A DNA stretch of 42,943 nucleotides from a virus (Duplodnaviria > Caudoviricetes), in IMG/VR virus record IMGVR_UViG_3300037524_001199, positions 1-42,943 of that record; one strand, written 5' to 3'. This document shows, piece after piece, positions 24,747 through 32,781 of the stretch. Position 1 is the first letter of the stretch, and each line of letters opens with the position of its first letter. A program made the translations under genes and the position numbers. Under the pieces are notes generated by a model. That model searched no databases. It was not told where the DNA came from and saw only the letters and a list, made by a program, of their open reading frames with translations.

Positions 24747-25702
24747 GCCAGCTCTTCAAAGCCTGAAGCGGCGACATTCCGCACACCGCAATGGTCCTGA
24801 ATTTTCGCCGCGTGGCCTTCCGCCAATGTAGCGATGAACCAATACCGATCTACGGTATTCAGCCGGTAGACATTCGGGTTTTCTATCAGGAATTTCCTCG
24901 CGTCTTTATGTTTGATCATCCAGCGATGATGCTCTTCTGCGTGCGAAAGGCCGGAGGGATTTTCCTGATGGCCTTTTAAGAGACCCTGGCGAATCCAGCG
25001 GGCCACCGTCTTGCTACACACGCCCATGGCCGTAGCGAATTGCAACGCGTTGTAAGTGTCGCGACTCAAAAAACTGACGCCGAGTTGATAAACGCGGTTC
25101 TCCACTGCCGAGACCGACCGCACAAAGCCGGCGTCCTTAAGTCGGTTGGCGATGAACCGGGCACCACCGACCTCAATCAGGCTTTCGATGAGCCGATCTT
25201 CTTCCGGCGTCCAATAGCCTCCGGTCGAGCGCGTCAAGCCTAACTTTCGAGCGCGCGCTTTAACCCAGCCCGTTTCCAAACCCAGTTGCTCCGCGACCCG
25301 CCGACAGATGCCGCGCCGCGAACTGCCGTAAGCCTCACGAATTGCCTGATCAATTTCCGGCGTGGCGACGATGTGTTGCCATTGTCTTCGCGGCAATCCC
25401 AGGCGCCGCAGTTCATTGCCGACACTGCTGGCAGTCCTGCCAATCAGAGTCGCAATCTCGCCGGCGTCTTTGTGGGGCGCTTCCCGGCGCAGCACCTCCC
25501 GCTGCTCTTCGGTCCAGCGGATTTTGTTTCGGGTTGACCTTCGCGACAGCCCCAGCGATCTGACCCGGTTGTGAATCGCTGCGGTGGTTCGGCCCGGCAA
25601 TCGCTGAGCATAAAGCGCCGCCCGGTAATATTGCGTGAGAGTCATGGCGCGAATTTCGATCAATATCGCGTCCTCTTCGGACGTCCATTTGATTTTATTC
25701 AT
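24734..25702 (-). CDS. Multi-repeat Myb/SANT-like DNA-binding protein with C-terminal MerR-type HTH
   Basis: KWTSEED, RWTEEQ, YWTPEED repeats, each followed by GR[TS]…R..LG; FATAMGVCSKTVARWIRQGLL. Confidence 0.7.
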   Translation of the reverse strand: MNKIKWTSEEDAILIEIRAMTLTQYYRAALYAQRLPGRTTAAIHNRVRSLGLSRRSTRNKIRWTEEQREVLRREAPHKDAGEIATLIGRTASSVGNELRRLGLPRRQWQHIVATPEIDQAIREAYGSSRRGICRRVAEQLGLETGWVKARARKLGLTRSTGGYWTPEEDRLIESLIEVGGARFIANRLKDAGFVRSVSAVENRVYQLGVSFLSRDTYNALQFATAMGVCSKTVARWIRQGLLKGHQENPSGLSHAEEHHRWMIKHKDARKFLIENPNVYRLNTVDRYWFIATLAEGHAAKIQDHCGVRNVAASGFEELACHC

Positions 25703-25721
25703 CAGTATCTCCGGGTTGTTG

Positions 25722-25735
25722 AGCCGTCCATGGCG
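25722..25735 (-). promoter_or_regulatory. CsrA/RsmA-type hairpin (GCC-ATGGAC-GGC) upstream of the SD of ORF 25702
   Basis: CANGGAYG in a loop; GGA 17 nt before GGAG. Confidence 0.6.
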
Positions 25736-25741
25736 CAAACA

Positions 25742-26677
25742 TTAAACGGCGGAGCGCTTGCCGCGCTGGTAGGCTTCATCCAACGCATCCTCAAAAAACA
25801 TTTTCCCGGCCATGACCGCCTGTTTTAAGTCGCCGACAGGGTCGATTTGTTTTTCTGGCTGAATCAAATGGGTCGCCGGTTTTTCCTGTTTCGCCTTCAA
25901 TGCTGCGACGGATTGAGCGGAAGCTAATGCCTGTTTTTCCGCTTCAATCCGCGCGCGTTCCGCCGCCATCAGTTCCGATTGATGACGAGCTTCTTGTTCG
26001 CGCCGCGCCTGTTCTGCCCGGCGCTCCGCTTCAATCCGCGCGCGTTCCGCCGCCTCGCGAGCAATACGCTCATCCCGCTCTCGCTGAACCCGCTCCGCTT
26101 CAATCCGCGCGCGTTCCGCCGCCTCAGCCTGAACCCGCTCGGCCTCTGCGGTTACAATGCGATGGGCTTTCCAGGCTGTAATAGCGGCATCTTTCGCCTG
26201 GGCGGCATCGGCAATACGCTCCTGCCAACTATCATCAATCGCTACCGACTCAATCCATGCCAGTCGCTGATCCGCATCAGCGCTCGATCCGGAGGGCGGG
26301 ATGGACAGCTCGGCCAGACGCGCATCCAGCGCCGCCACCCGATCTCGTTCCGCCTGCTCCCAGTCATCTAGCGGGCGACGCACTTCATTCCGCAGCGCGT
26401 CCAGTTGATCACGAACCTTTTTGCGCTCAGCATCCACCAGGGCCAGGCGTTTTTTCTGTTCAGCCACCAGCGTCTTCCCGGCATCATCCAGCGCCGTCTT
26501 GGTGCGCGAAATTGCAAATGCCATGCTGGCGATCTCTTTGCGCCCTTTCGTGGTGGCGACATCCGCCACTAACGAGGTGGCCTTGGAGCGAATATCGGAC
26601 AACAGCCGGTCGATTGACTCGCTGCTTTCGTACAGCCGCGCAAGATCAGTAGTTTCAACAATCATCAGGTCAGTCAT
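25742..26677 (-). CDS. Conserved lambdoid early coiled-coil protein (function unknown)
   Basis: TTKGRKEIASMAFAISRTKTALDDAGK…; AAERARIEAE repeats; GGAG RBS before ATG 26677. Confidence 0.8.
   Translation of the reverse strand: MTDLMIVETTDLARLYESSESIDRLLSDIRSKATSLVADVATTKGRKEIASMAFAISRTKTALDDAGKTLVAEQKKRLALVDAERKKVRDQLDALRNEVRRPLDDWEQAERDRVAALDARLAELSIPPSGSSADADQRLAWIESVAIDDSWQERIADAAQAKDAAITAWKAHRIVTAEAERVQAEAAERARIEAERVQRERDERIAREAAERARIEAERRAEQARREQEARHQSELMAAERARIEAEKQALASAQSVAALKAKQEKPATHLIQPEKQIDPVGDLKQAVMAGKMFFEDALDEAYQRGKRSAV
25939..26123. repeat. Three exact 29-bp coding repeats
   Basis: CCGCTTCAATCCGCGCGCGTTCCGCCGCC at 25939, 26026 and 26095; offsets 87 and 69 keep the frame. Confidence 0.85.
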
Positions 26678-26695
26678 TAGTATCTCCAAGTTATT

Positions 26696-26711
26696 GCGCC
26701 GTCCGTGGCGC
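26696..26711 (-). promoter_or_regulatory. CsrA/RsmA-type hairpin (GCGCC-ACGGAC-GGCGC) upstream of the SD of ORF 26677
   Basis: CANGGAYG in a 5-bp stem-loop; GGA 17 nt before GGAG. Confidence 0.6.
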
Positions 26712-26723
26712 GAAAATAAAGGA

Positions 26724-27458
26724 TCAGGCCAGTTCCTGCGCTTGGCCGGTCATGAGCAGGTAGGCGCGTTCGGTGGTGGCGACGTCCAGGGCGCAGTACG
26801 TCAGCACTACGCTGAACTCGCCTTCACGGTGCAGGCGCGGGCAGTCGGCGCCGGTGATGACTGCCTTGGGCGTCGGGATGCCCAACACGCGAGCCACGGT
26901 ATCCAGACTGACCCACTGCTCATTGCTGTTCTCCATTGAGCAGTAGCGAATCATCCGCATGGTGTCGTACACCGGCTGTAGATCGCCATCGAACGCCAGG
27001 GCCATCGGTAGCTTGAGGCGATGCCGCAGATAGGCGTTGCGCAGCTTGGGGAGGTCGAACCCCACCAGGTTATGCCCGACCAGAACGGTATCTGGAGCCG
27101 CGCTGGCGTCCAGCACCGTCCGCAGGGCGTTGAGCAACCCGGCTTCATCGCCGCAGGGCAGCACCATCCATCCCGGCACCTCGGGCGCTGACAGGCCCAT
27201 GCCATTAAAGATCACGGACATGGCGTCGCTTTTAAAGGCGACGCAAAGGATAGGGCTGGCGTCCAATAGCGCCGCCTTGTCGTTGACCTTGCTGGCCCGT
27301 TCCGCCTTCTTGGCTTCAACCGTTTCTGGTTTCCAGTTGGAGGGGGCTTTCCATCCGGCAATCGCTGCCTCAACGGCTTCGGCAGGCGCATCGCCGGTTT
27401 CCAAATCCAGCACCACGTAAGCCGCCGGATTCATCAAGTGGGTGGTGAGCGGGGTCAT
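26724..27458 (-). CDS. DEDD 3'-5' exonuclease (PolB-exo-like)
   Basis: VLDLETG; GHNLVGFDLP; YCALDV. Confidence 0.85.
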   Translation of the reverse strand: MTPLTTHLMNPAAYVVLDLETGDAPAEAVEAAIAGWKAPSNWKPETVEAKKAERASKVNDKAALLDASPILCVAFKSDAMSVIFNGMGLSAPEVPGWMVLPCGDEAGLLNALRTVLDASAAPDTVLVGHNLVGFDLPKLRNAYLRHRLKLPMALAFDGDLQPVYDTMRMIRYCSMENSNEQWVSLDTVARVLGIPTPKAVITGADCPRLHREGEFSVVLTYCALDVATTERAYLLMTGQAQELA

Positions 27459-27847
27459 TACCAGCCCCCCCGGCGATAGCCACCGCCATAGCCGCCCTGG
27501 CGCTGACCACCCCAGCCGCCTTGCTGGCCGCCACTGTTCCCCCAGCTACCGCCTTGATTGCGCGGTTGCCAAGCGTCGACCGGCAACCCGGCATTCGACA
27601 AAAGCTGTACCGCCGCTTGGAGCGCTTGCGGACTGGCAGCGAATTCCGCCGGCAAGTGCAGGTCCACACGAACGCTTCCCAGGGGAGTGTCGATCTTCAC
27701 CGGGATGCTGATGCCGGTGATGGGCAAGCCTGTAGCCGCAGGCGCTGGGGCGGGTTGCGCCCATCCGCTGGCGGGTTGCGCCGGGTTGACAGCTTGCGGT
27801 TGCGCCTGCGCAAGCAGGGCCTGTAATTGTGCGAGTTGGTCAGACAT
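27458..27847 (-). CDS. Hypothetical protein with Gly/Arg/Trp-rich tail
   Basis: GGAG RBS; TAATG coupled to the exonuclease; GGSWGNSGGQQGGWGG…YRRGGW. Confidence 0.7.
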   Translation of the reverse strand: MSDQLAQLQALLAQAQPQAVNPAQPASGWAQPAPAPAATGLPITGISIPVKIDTPLGSVRVDLHLPAEFAASPQALQAAVQLLSNAGLPVDAWQPRNQGGSWGNSGGQQGGWGGQRQGGYGGGYRRGGW

Positions 27848-27848
27848 A

Positions 27849-27959
27849 TCAAATCTCCCAGGGCCAGCCATAGCTAGCGTCGTTATCGAACTGTTCCAGC
27901 CAGACCTGCCCTTGCAGACTGTCTAACCATTCCTCAAACCAATCGTGATAAACTGTCAT
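27849..27959 (-). CDS. Small acidic Trp-rich protein (36 aa)
   Basis: GGAG RBS; MTVYHDWFEEWLDSLQGQVWLEQF…. Confidence 0.55.
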   Translation of the reverse strand: MTVYHDWFEEWLDSLQGQVWLEQFDNDASYGWPWEI

Positions 27960-28015
27960 GGTGTGTTCTCCAGTGGTCAGCGCCCTCGTTGTTTGCGGCA
28001 ACGGGGCGTTTTTCG

Positions 28016-28444
28016 TCAACGGGATAAAAACCAAGCGACCGCCACTCCCGTACAAATCAGCGCCAAATTGACCGCCCCAAACAGCAACTCGCGGCGATAC
28101 GCGGGCAACGGCCGGGGGTCTTTTAGCGCCGGACGGAGGCGGGTCGCCATTGGGCGAGGCTCAACCCGTTCAGCCATGGGATGAGTGCCGGTGCGCGGCC
28201 CGGTCAACGGTTCGGCCTGGCGCGCCATCGCTTGAATCACCGGCGAATCCCAGTCGCAGGCGGAACGTGCGGCTTCGGCGGCTAGCCGGGGGGTATGCGG
28301 GCGCAGCTCGCGGGCCACATCCCACCTATCTATCTGCTTCATCGCCGCTTGGTGGCGGCGAATCAAATCTCGTTCAGCGCGGCCAATGGATTGCTTGGTG
28401 CTGACCGTGGATTTCACGATCACGGGGTTCGTTTTCATCTTCAA
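28016..28444 (-). CDS. Hypothetical protein with C-terminal TM anchor
   Basis: LLFGAVNLALICTGVAVAWFL; early-left operon. Confidence 0.6.
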   Translation of the reverse strand: MKMKTNPVIVKSTVSTKQSIGRAERDLIRRHQAAMKQIDRWDVARELRPHTPRLAAEAARSACDWDSPVIQAMARQAEPLTGPRTGTHPMAERVEPRPMATRLRPALKDPRPLPAYRRELLFGAVNLALICTGVAVAWFLSR

Positions 28445-28728
28445 ATCTCTAGGGCAGTTTGATTGGGATTTTTCGGCGGCGCTTCGTCAGGAAAACAGTA
28501 ATCAGGCTCAAATTCGGCGTATGCGCCAATAACCGCCGACAAACGATATTCAGGGCCGTAAACTCGACCCCATTTCAACGGATTTTTATGACTATCCGCC
28601 GCCTCGCGAATACTTTCTATTCGCAAAATCACTTCACGAGTAATACGGTCATGATCCCAGTGATTTGGAACGCTGACCCAGGAAATAGCCACCTGTTGAC
28701 GCTCGATTTCCACCCCGACTGTTTTCAT
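28441..28728 (-). CDS. Hypothetical protein
   Basis: GGGAG RBS; ATGA coupling; MKTVGVEIERQQV…. Confidence 0.6.
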   Translation of the reverse strand: MKTVGVEIERQQVAISWVSVPNHWDHDRITREVILRIESIREAADSHKNPLKWGRVYGPEYRLSAVIGAYAEFEPDYCFPDEAPPKNPNQTALEI

Positions 28729-28904
28729 GCGGTAGACTCCCGCTCTAATTCCCATCCGATATGCGGCAGGTAGGGTTTCCAACCTTCCCGAAAAACGTAG
28801 GTCACCCCATCGTCTGCCAGACCTAAAATCACCCCTTGCCAAGCATTGTCGTTTGGCGTGAGGATCAACTGAATGATTTTTGGTTTGGAGTTCTGCTTTT
28901 TCAT
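28725..28904 (-). CDS. Hypothetical 59-aa protein (not in ORF track)
   Basis: GGAGG RBS; ATGA overlaps at both ends; MKKQNSKPKIIQLILTP…ILGLADDGVTY…W. Confidence 0.65.
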   Translation of the reverse strand: MKKQNSKPKIIQLILTPNDNAWQGVILGLADDGVTYVFREGWKPYLPHIGWELERESTA

Positions 28905-29215
28905 GCGGCCTCCCGGTCAGCAATCCAGAAATATGGAATCACCTTCGCTGGGCGGGGCAAGCCGAGGCGCGGCACATAGTCGAGAATTTCCGCTTGAATC
29001 AGGCGCTCCTGGTGACTGTCTAGCAGCTTCTCAACATCGACAGAAACGCGGTCTTTGTTCGGCTTTTTGTCCATCAGGCTCACGCGCTGAATGACCGCGC
29101 GCGCTGGGCTGGGGGGAGATGTTGGAGTGGCAATTTCTTCCGGTTCCCACTCATATTCAATCTCTGCCTCGTACTCCCGGCAAAGAAACTCAATTTTCAT
29201 GTAGTACAGATTCAT
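28901..29215 (-). CDS. First gene of the early-left operon; acidic hypothetical
   Basis: GGAG RBS; MNLYYMKIEFLCREYEAEIEYEWEP…. Confidence 0.7.
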   Translation of the reverse strand: MNLYYMKIEFLCREYEAEIEYEWEPEEIATPTSPPSPARAVIQRVSLMDKKPNKDRVSVDVEKLLDSHQERLIQAEILDYVPRLGLPRPAKVIPYFWIADREAA

Positions 29216-29352
29216 CGTCTTCTCCGAAGAAGCCCCGGATGAGTCGCGAGTCAAACCCAGCCGGGGAATAACCACCAAAGGAGGATTGGCCCGCCGCCGA
29301 TCCCCAGGCTAGGGGTCTGTCGGCCTTGGCCCGGTGAAGGGCAGCGGGTTGA

Positions 29353-29400
29353 TAGTATTAAAATACTACCATGCGGCAATGTCAAGTATAAAAATACTTG
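29353..29400 (-). promoter_or_regulatory. PL promoter with two operators (OL)
   Basis: TTGACA(29385-29380)-17bp-TTTAAT(29362-29357); inverted repeats AGTATTAAAATACT (29354-29367) and AGTATAAAAATACT (29385-29398). Confidence 0.85.
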
Positions 29401-29427
29401 CGGGAAAGAAAAAATAGAGGGAGTGGA

Positions 29428-29784
29428 TCAATGACTGCTACGGGATTCCAGTTCGCCGATGCGATCTATCGTGGCTTGCCCTTCGCTGGACGCATGGATG
29501 TAGTTGTCGATCAATCTACTAACTTTATCCTGCATGATGTTGACCAAACAGGGGTCTGAAATAGGCATTAACAGTATAAATGCCGGTACACCCAATGCGT
29601 CGGCCACTGATGAAAGCGTTTCAATCGTGGGATGTATCCGCAGTTCGCCGGCCCGCTCAAGGTTGCTGATCACCTTCTGGGATAGTCCGGATTTTTTAGC
29701 CAACTCGGTTTGATTCCATTCTTTAGCGACGCGCAAGGTTTTGACGTTGCGGGCCAGGATGGCTAGAGAGAAGGGCCTGCTCAT
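29428..29784 (-). CDS. CI-like XRE repressor (118 aa; no S24 peptidase domain)
   Basis: NVKTLRVAKEWNQTELAKKSGLSQKVISNLER…PTIETLSSVADALGV; GGAGG RBS; divergent from the Cro-like gene. Confidence 0.88.
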   Translation of the reverse strand: MSRPFSLAILARNVKTLRVAKEWNQTELAKKSGLSQKVISNLERAGELRIHPTIETLSSVADALGVPAFILLMPISDPCLVNIMQDKVSRLIDNYIHASSEGQATIDRIGELESRSSH

Positions 29785-29809
29785 GCCTCCCAAAATAAAG
29801 GAACCGTCT

Positions 29810-29850
29810 AGTATTGAGGTATTGCAAGTTAAGTATTTTAGTACTAGGCT
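29810..29850 (+). promoter_or_regulatory. PR promoter with two operators (OR)
   Basis: TTGCAA(29822)-17bp-TAGGCT(29845); operators AGTATTTTAGTACT (29832-29845) and degenerate AGTATTGAGGTATT (29810-29823). Confidence 0.75.
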
Positions 29851-29857
29851 ATGGCGC

Positions 29858-30064
29858 ATGATGAACACTCCCCTGTTAGAGCAAATGAAATCCAGGCTCC
29901 TGGCCGCCAAAGGTCAGTGGCCATCGGTCTGCATCAACGCAGGCGTGGACTACGTCTGGCTCACCAAAGTTATGCAAGGCCACATCAAAGACCCCGGCGT
30001 GAATCGCGTCGAACGAGTTTTGGCCGCGCTTGACCGCATGAACTCCACAAAGCAGGCGGCCTAG
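29858..30064 (+). CDS. Cro-like HTH protein
   Basis: WPSVCINAGVDYVWLTKVMQGHIKDPGVNRVERV; divergent from CI. Confidence 0.8.
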   Translation: MMNTPLLEQMKSRLLAAKGQWPSVCINAGVDYVWLTKVMQGHIKDPGVNRVERVLAALDRMNSTKQAA

Positions 30065-30066
30065 CC

Positions 30067-30297
30067 ATGCGGCCCGTCGCTCCTTTCGAGGCCGCTTTGT
30101 CTGAGAAGCGGATTTACACCGTCAAGGTGTCGATGGGAGAGACGCTGTATCGCACGTTGCAAGACCTCGCCGCCCGGCGAGATCGGTCCCTGTCCGACTA
30201 CTGCCAGCATCGCCTGCTGCTCGACTCCTTTGGTGAGTATCTGGCGATGCAAGCGCGTGATCCAGCGGATTCATTGGCCGACACTGGCCCGGAATGA
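30067..30297 (+). CDS. Small RHH-like regulator in the CII position
   Basis: TVKVSMGETLYRTLQDLAARRDRSLSDYC. Confidence 0.6.
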   Translation: MRPVAPFEAALSEKRIYTVKVSMGETLYRTLQDLAARRDRSLSDYCQHRLLLDSFGEYLAMQARDPADSLADTGPE

Positions 30298-30301
30298 CCG
30301 C

Positions 30302-30559
30302 ATGAACCCTCCTCCCGGCGTACCCCGCGATATCTTCCTGGCGATGCGGAAAATCATCGCCAAGGAGCGGGCGATTCGCCGGACTCGGGATCAGGTGCGC
30401 CGGGTGCGGGTGATTCTTTCGGGCGTCAGCGGGCGGTGCGCGACAACACCCGCAGCAGGGGATTGTCTGCTGGGCACCCACCCAGTCGGCTGCTTCATCG
30501 CCGCTCCTCAGCAAGGCCTCTGCCGCCTCGCCCCCGTCACGGGCGATTCCTTCATTTAA
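30302..30559 (+). CDS. Hypothetical basic protein
   Basis: Fills the gap in the early-right operon; weak support. Confidence 0.35.
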   Translation: MNPPPGVPRDIFLAMRKIIAKERAIRRTRDQVRRVRVILSGVSGRCATTPAAGDCLLGTHPVGCFIAAPQQGLCRLAPVTGDSFI

Positions 30560-30573
30560 CCTGGGATACCGTC

Positions 30574-31008
30574 ATGACCGCCGACACGCTGCTTTCGCGC
30601 CTGGATAAAACCAAAACGACTGGGCCTGGCCGTTGGGTGGCGTGTTGTCCGGCGCATCAGGACAAGCGCCCGTCGCTCCATATAAAGGAGTGCGACGATG
30701 GCCGGGTGCTGGTGCATTGCTTCACCGGCTGTTCGGTGGGCGACATCCTCGCCGCCGTGGGCCTGGAATTCTCTGATCTCTTTCCCGAAAAACTCGACCT
30801 CTCTGATCATCATCACAAGCCCGCTGACCGCGCGCCGTTCCCTGCGAAGGAAATCCTTAGGACGCTGGTGGGCGAGGCGACGATTGTCGCGGTGGCCGCC
30901 GGCATGTTGCGGTCGCAGGGCTTCTTGCCCATCGCCGATGAAGAGCGGCTGGCCGTGGCCTATGACCGGCTGTCCGAGGCGCTGGCGATGATCGGCCCCC
31001 CCTTATGA
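30574..31008 (+). CDS. Primase-type CHC2 zinc-binding domain protein
   Basis: WVACCPAHQDKRPSL…VLVHCFTGC…ILAAVGL..SDLF. Confidence 0.8.
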   Translation: MTADTLLSRLDKTKTTGPGRWVACCPAHQDKRPSLHIKECDDGRVLVHCFTGCSVGDILAAVGLEFSDLFPEKLDLSDHHHKPADRAPFPAKEILRTLVGEATIVAVAAGMLRSQGFLPIADEERLAVAYDRLSEALAMIGPPL

Positions 31009-32303
31009 GTCTGCTTGACGACACCGAACGCGCCCTCAATCGGGGCGAGGCTTTCTTGGATCGCCAGGTAGCTCAAGCCAAGAAGTTGCGCCTGGTGACC
31101 AGAGACGAGATGGACGTGTCGCCGGAAGACTGCGGGATTGATCCTGAGTCGTTCTGGAAATCCGAACTGATCAGCAAAACCGACCGGGCCGGACAGCCCA
31201 GCTATCTGTGTCGCGTTCATAACCTGGTGCTGATCCTGGAAAACGATCCGGCTTGGAAAGGGCAGTTCCGCTTTGATGAGTTCCGCATGGGGATGATCCA
31301 GGGCGACCAGGAACTGATGGATCATCACCTGGTGGCGCTCAAAGCCTGGCTGGAACGCTACTGGATTGACAGCGAGGTGAAGACCCTCGTGGTGCGCGAG
31401 GCGGTGGAGCTGGTGGCGCATCGCCATACGTTTCACCCGGTGCGGGAATGGCTGGGCGGCCTGGTCTGGGATGGCGTGACCCGCATCCCGACCTTCTTCC
31501 AGGACTATTGCGGAACGCCGCTGACGCCCTACAGCACGGCGGTGGCGAATTCGATGTTCGTCTCGGCGATTGCCCGCGTGATGCGGCCCGGCTGTAAGGT
31601 AGACACGATGGTGGTGTTTGAAGGCGCGCAGGGCATTGGCAAATCCAAGATGGTGCAGGCGATGTTCGGCACGCGCTGGCATTGCGACATCACCCAGGAA
31701 CCCGGCTCACTCGACTTCTACCAGAATTTACGCGGCAAGTGGATTGGCGAATTCTCCGAACTGTCGGCGATGGGCAAGGCGGACCAGAACCGGGTCAAGC
31801 AAGCGCTCACCCAGACCCAGGACACCTACCGCGCCAGCTACGGCCACTACTCCCGCACCTATCCCCGCCAATTCATCTTCACCGGCAACACCAACAAAGC
31901 CGACTATCTCTTTGACGAAACCGGCGCTCGCCGCTACCTCCCCATCGAATGCCATGAGATTAACGCCGAAGCGGTCGAGCCGCTGCGTGATCAACTGTGG
32001 GCGGAAGCCGTGCAGCGATACCGCGCCGGCCATATCTGGTGGGACATTCCCGATGCGGACCGCGAGCAGGAAAAGCGCTATCAGGTGGACAGTTGGGAGG
32101 ATTACGTCAAGCCCTGGTTGAGCGGTCGCTCGCAAGTGACGATGAGCGAAGTCCTCGACGAAGCGCTGCACCTCAAGATTGATCGTCATGACCGTTCGGC
32201 GCAAACCCGCGTCGGCGCGATCCTGCGGCGACTGGGCTGGGTGGCGAAACAGGAAAGCAGCGGCGACCGGCGGCGCTATTACGTTAAGAAAACAAGGACT
32301 TGA
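31005..32303 (+). CDS. VapE/VirE-family P-loop ATPase (replicative helicase-like)
   Basis: FHPVREWL; PGCKVD; Walker A GAQGIGKS; EFSEL; GNTN; DETGARRY; RDQLWAEA. Confidence 0.9.
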   Translation: MSLLDDTERALNRGEAFLDRQVAQAKKLRLVTRDEMDVSPEDCGIDPESFWKSELISKTDRAGQPSYLCRVHNLVLILENDPAWKGQFRFDEFRMGMIQGDQELMDHHLVALKAWLERYWIDSEVKTLVVREAVELVAHRHTFHPVREWLGGLVWDGVTRIPTFFQDYCGTPLTPYSTAVANSMFVSAIARVMRPGCKVDTMVVFEGAQGIGKSKMVQAMFGTRWHCDITQEPGSLDFYQNLRGKWIGEFSELSAMGKADQNRVKQALTQTQDTYRASYGHYSRTYPRQFIFTGNTNKADYLFDETGARRYLPIECHEINAEAVEPLRDQLWAEAVQRYRAGHIWWDIPDADREQEKRYQVDSWEDYVKPWLSGRSQVTMSEVLDEALHLKIDRHDRSAQTRVGAILRRLGWVAKQESSGDRRRYYVKKTRT

Positions 32304-32550
32304 ACAACCTCGAACAACCTCGAACAACCTTTCGAACAACCTTTTTCAACTAATTGTTATTGGTATCAACGACTTGAACAACCTAGAACAACCTTTGCTC
32401 GCGCGCGCACATTACATACACGGATGATTCCGTATAGGAATTTATGATTTTTATAAAAGGTTGTTCGAGGTTGTTCAAGTAAATGAATATTAAAAGAAAA
32501 AAAGACGAACAACCTCAAAAAAGGTTGTGTAAGGTTGTGCGAGGTTGTTC
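32302..32550. repeat. Putative replication origin with iterons
   Basis: GAACAACCT x7 forward (32302, 32312, 32322, 32334, 32376, 32386, 32507); x3 exact inverted (32458, 32468, 32542) plus 2 variants; perfect IHF site TATCAACGACTTG at 32364; AT-rich core. Confidence 0.8.
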
Positions 32551-32583
32551 ATGTTGATGATTCATCAAGAAAAAGGAGAAAGC

Positions 32584-32781
32584 ATGAGTATCAAAACGCC
32601 ATGGACGACCTTTGATGAGCTGCAATTCGTCGCTCACTTGGAAACCATCACCCCGGCGATCCAGAGAAAACAGATTTTGAGGGGCTATTTAGCCGGTTTA
32701 CGGCGGCGCGTGCGCTGGGAGGGTATCGATGCCGGCGTCGTGCGGGAAGCGGCGGAAAGCGCCTTGGAGGGGCTGCAATGA
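32584..32781 (+). CDS. Hypothetical protein
   Basis: AGGAG RBS; MSIKTPWTTFDELQFV…. Confidence 0.7.
   Translation: MSIKTPWTTFDELQFVAHLETITPAIQRKQILRGYLAGLRRRVRWEGIDAGVVREAAESALEGLQ

Noticed and set aside
25939-26123. CRISPR-like array of three 29-bp repeats
   Set aside because: Unequal spacers (58 and 40 bp), offsets are multiples of 3, repeats encode AAERARIEA in a real gene, and no cas genes
32302-32550. Repeat cluster as CRISPR array, or the ORFs overlapping it
   Set aside because: 9-bp units in both orientations without unique spacers; the layout fits origin iterons
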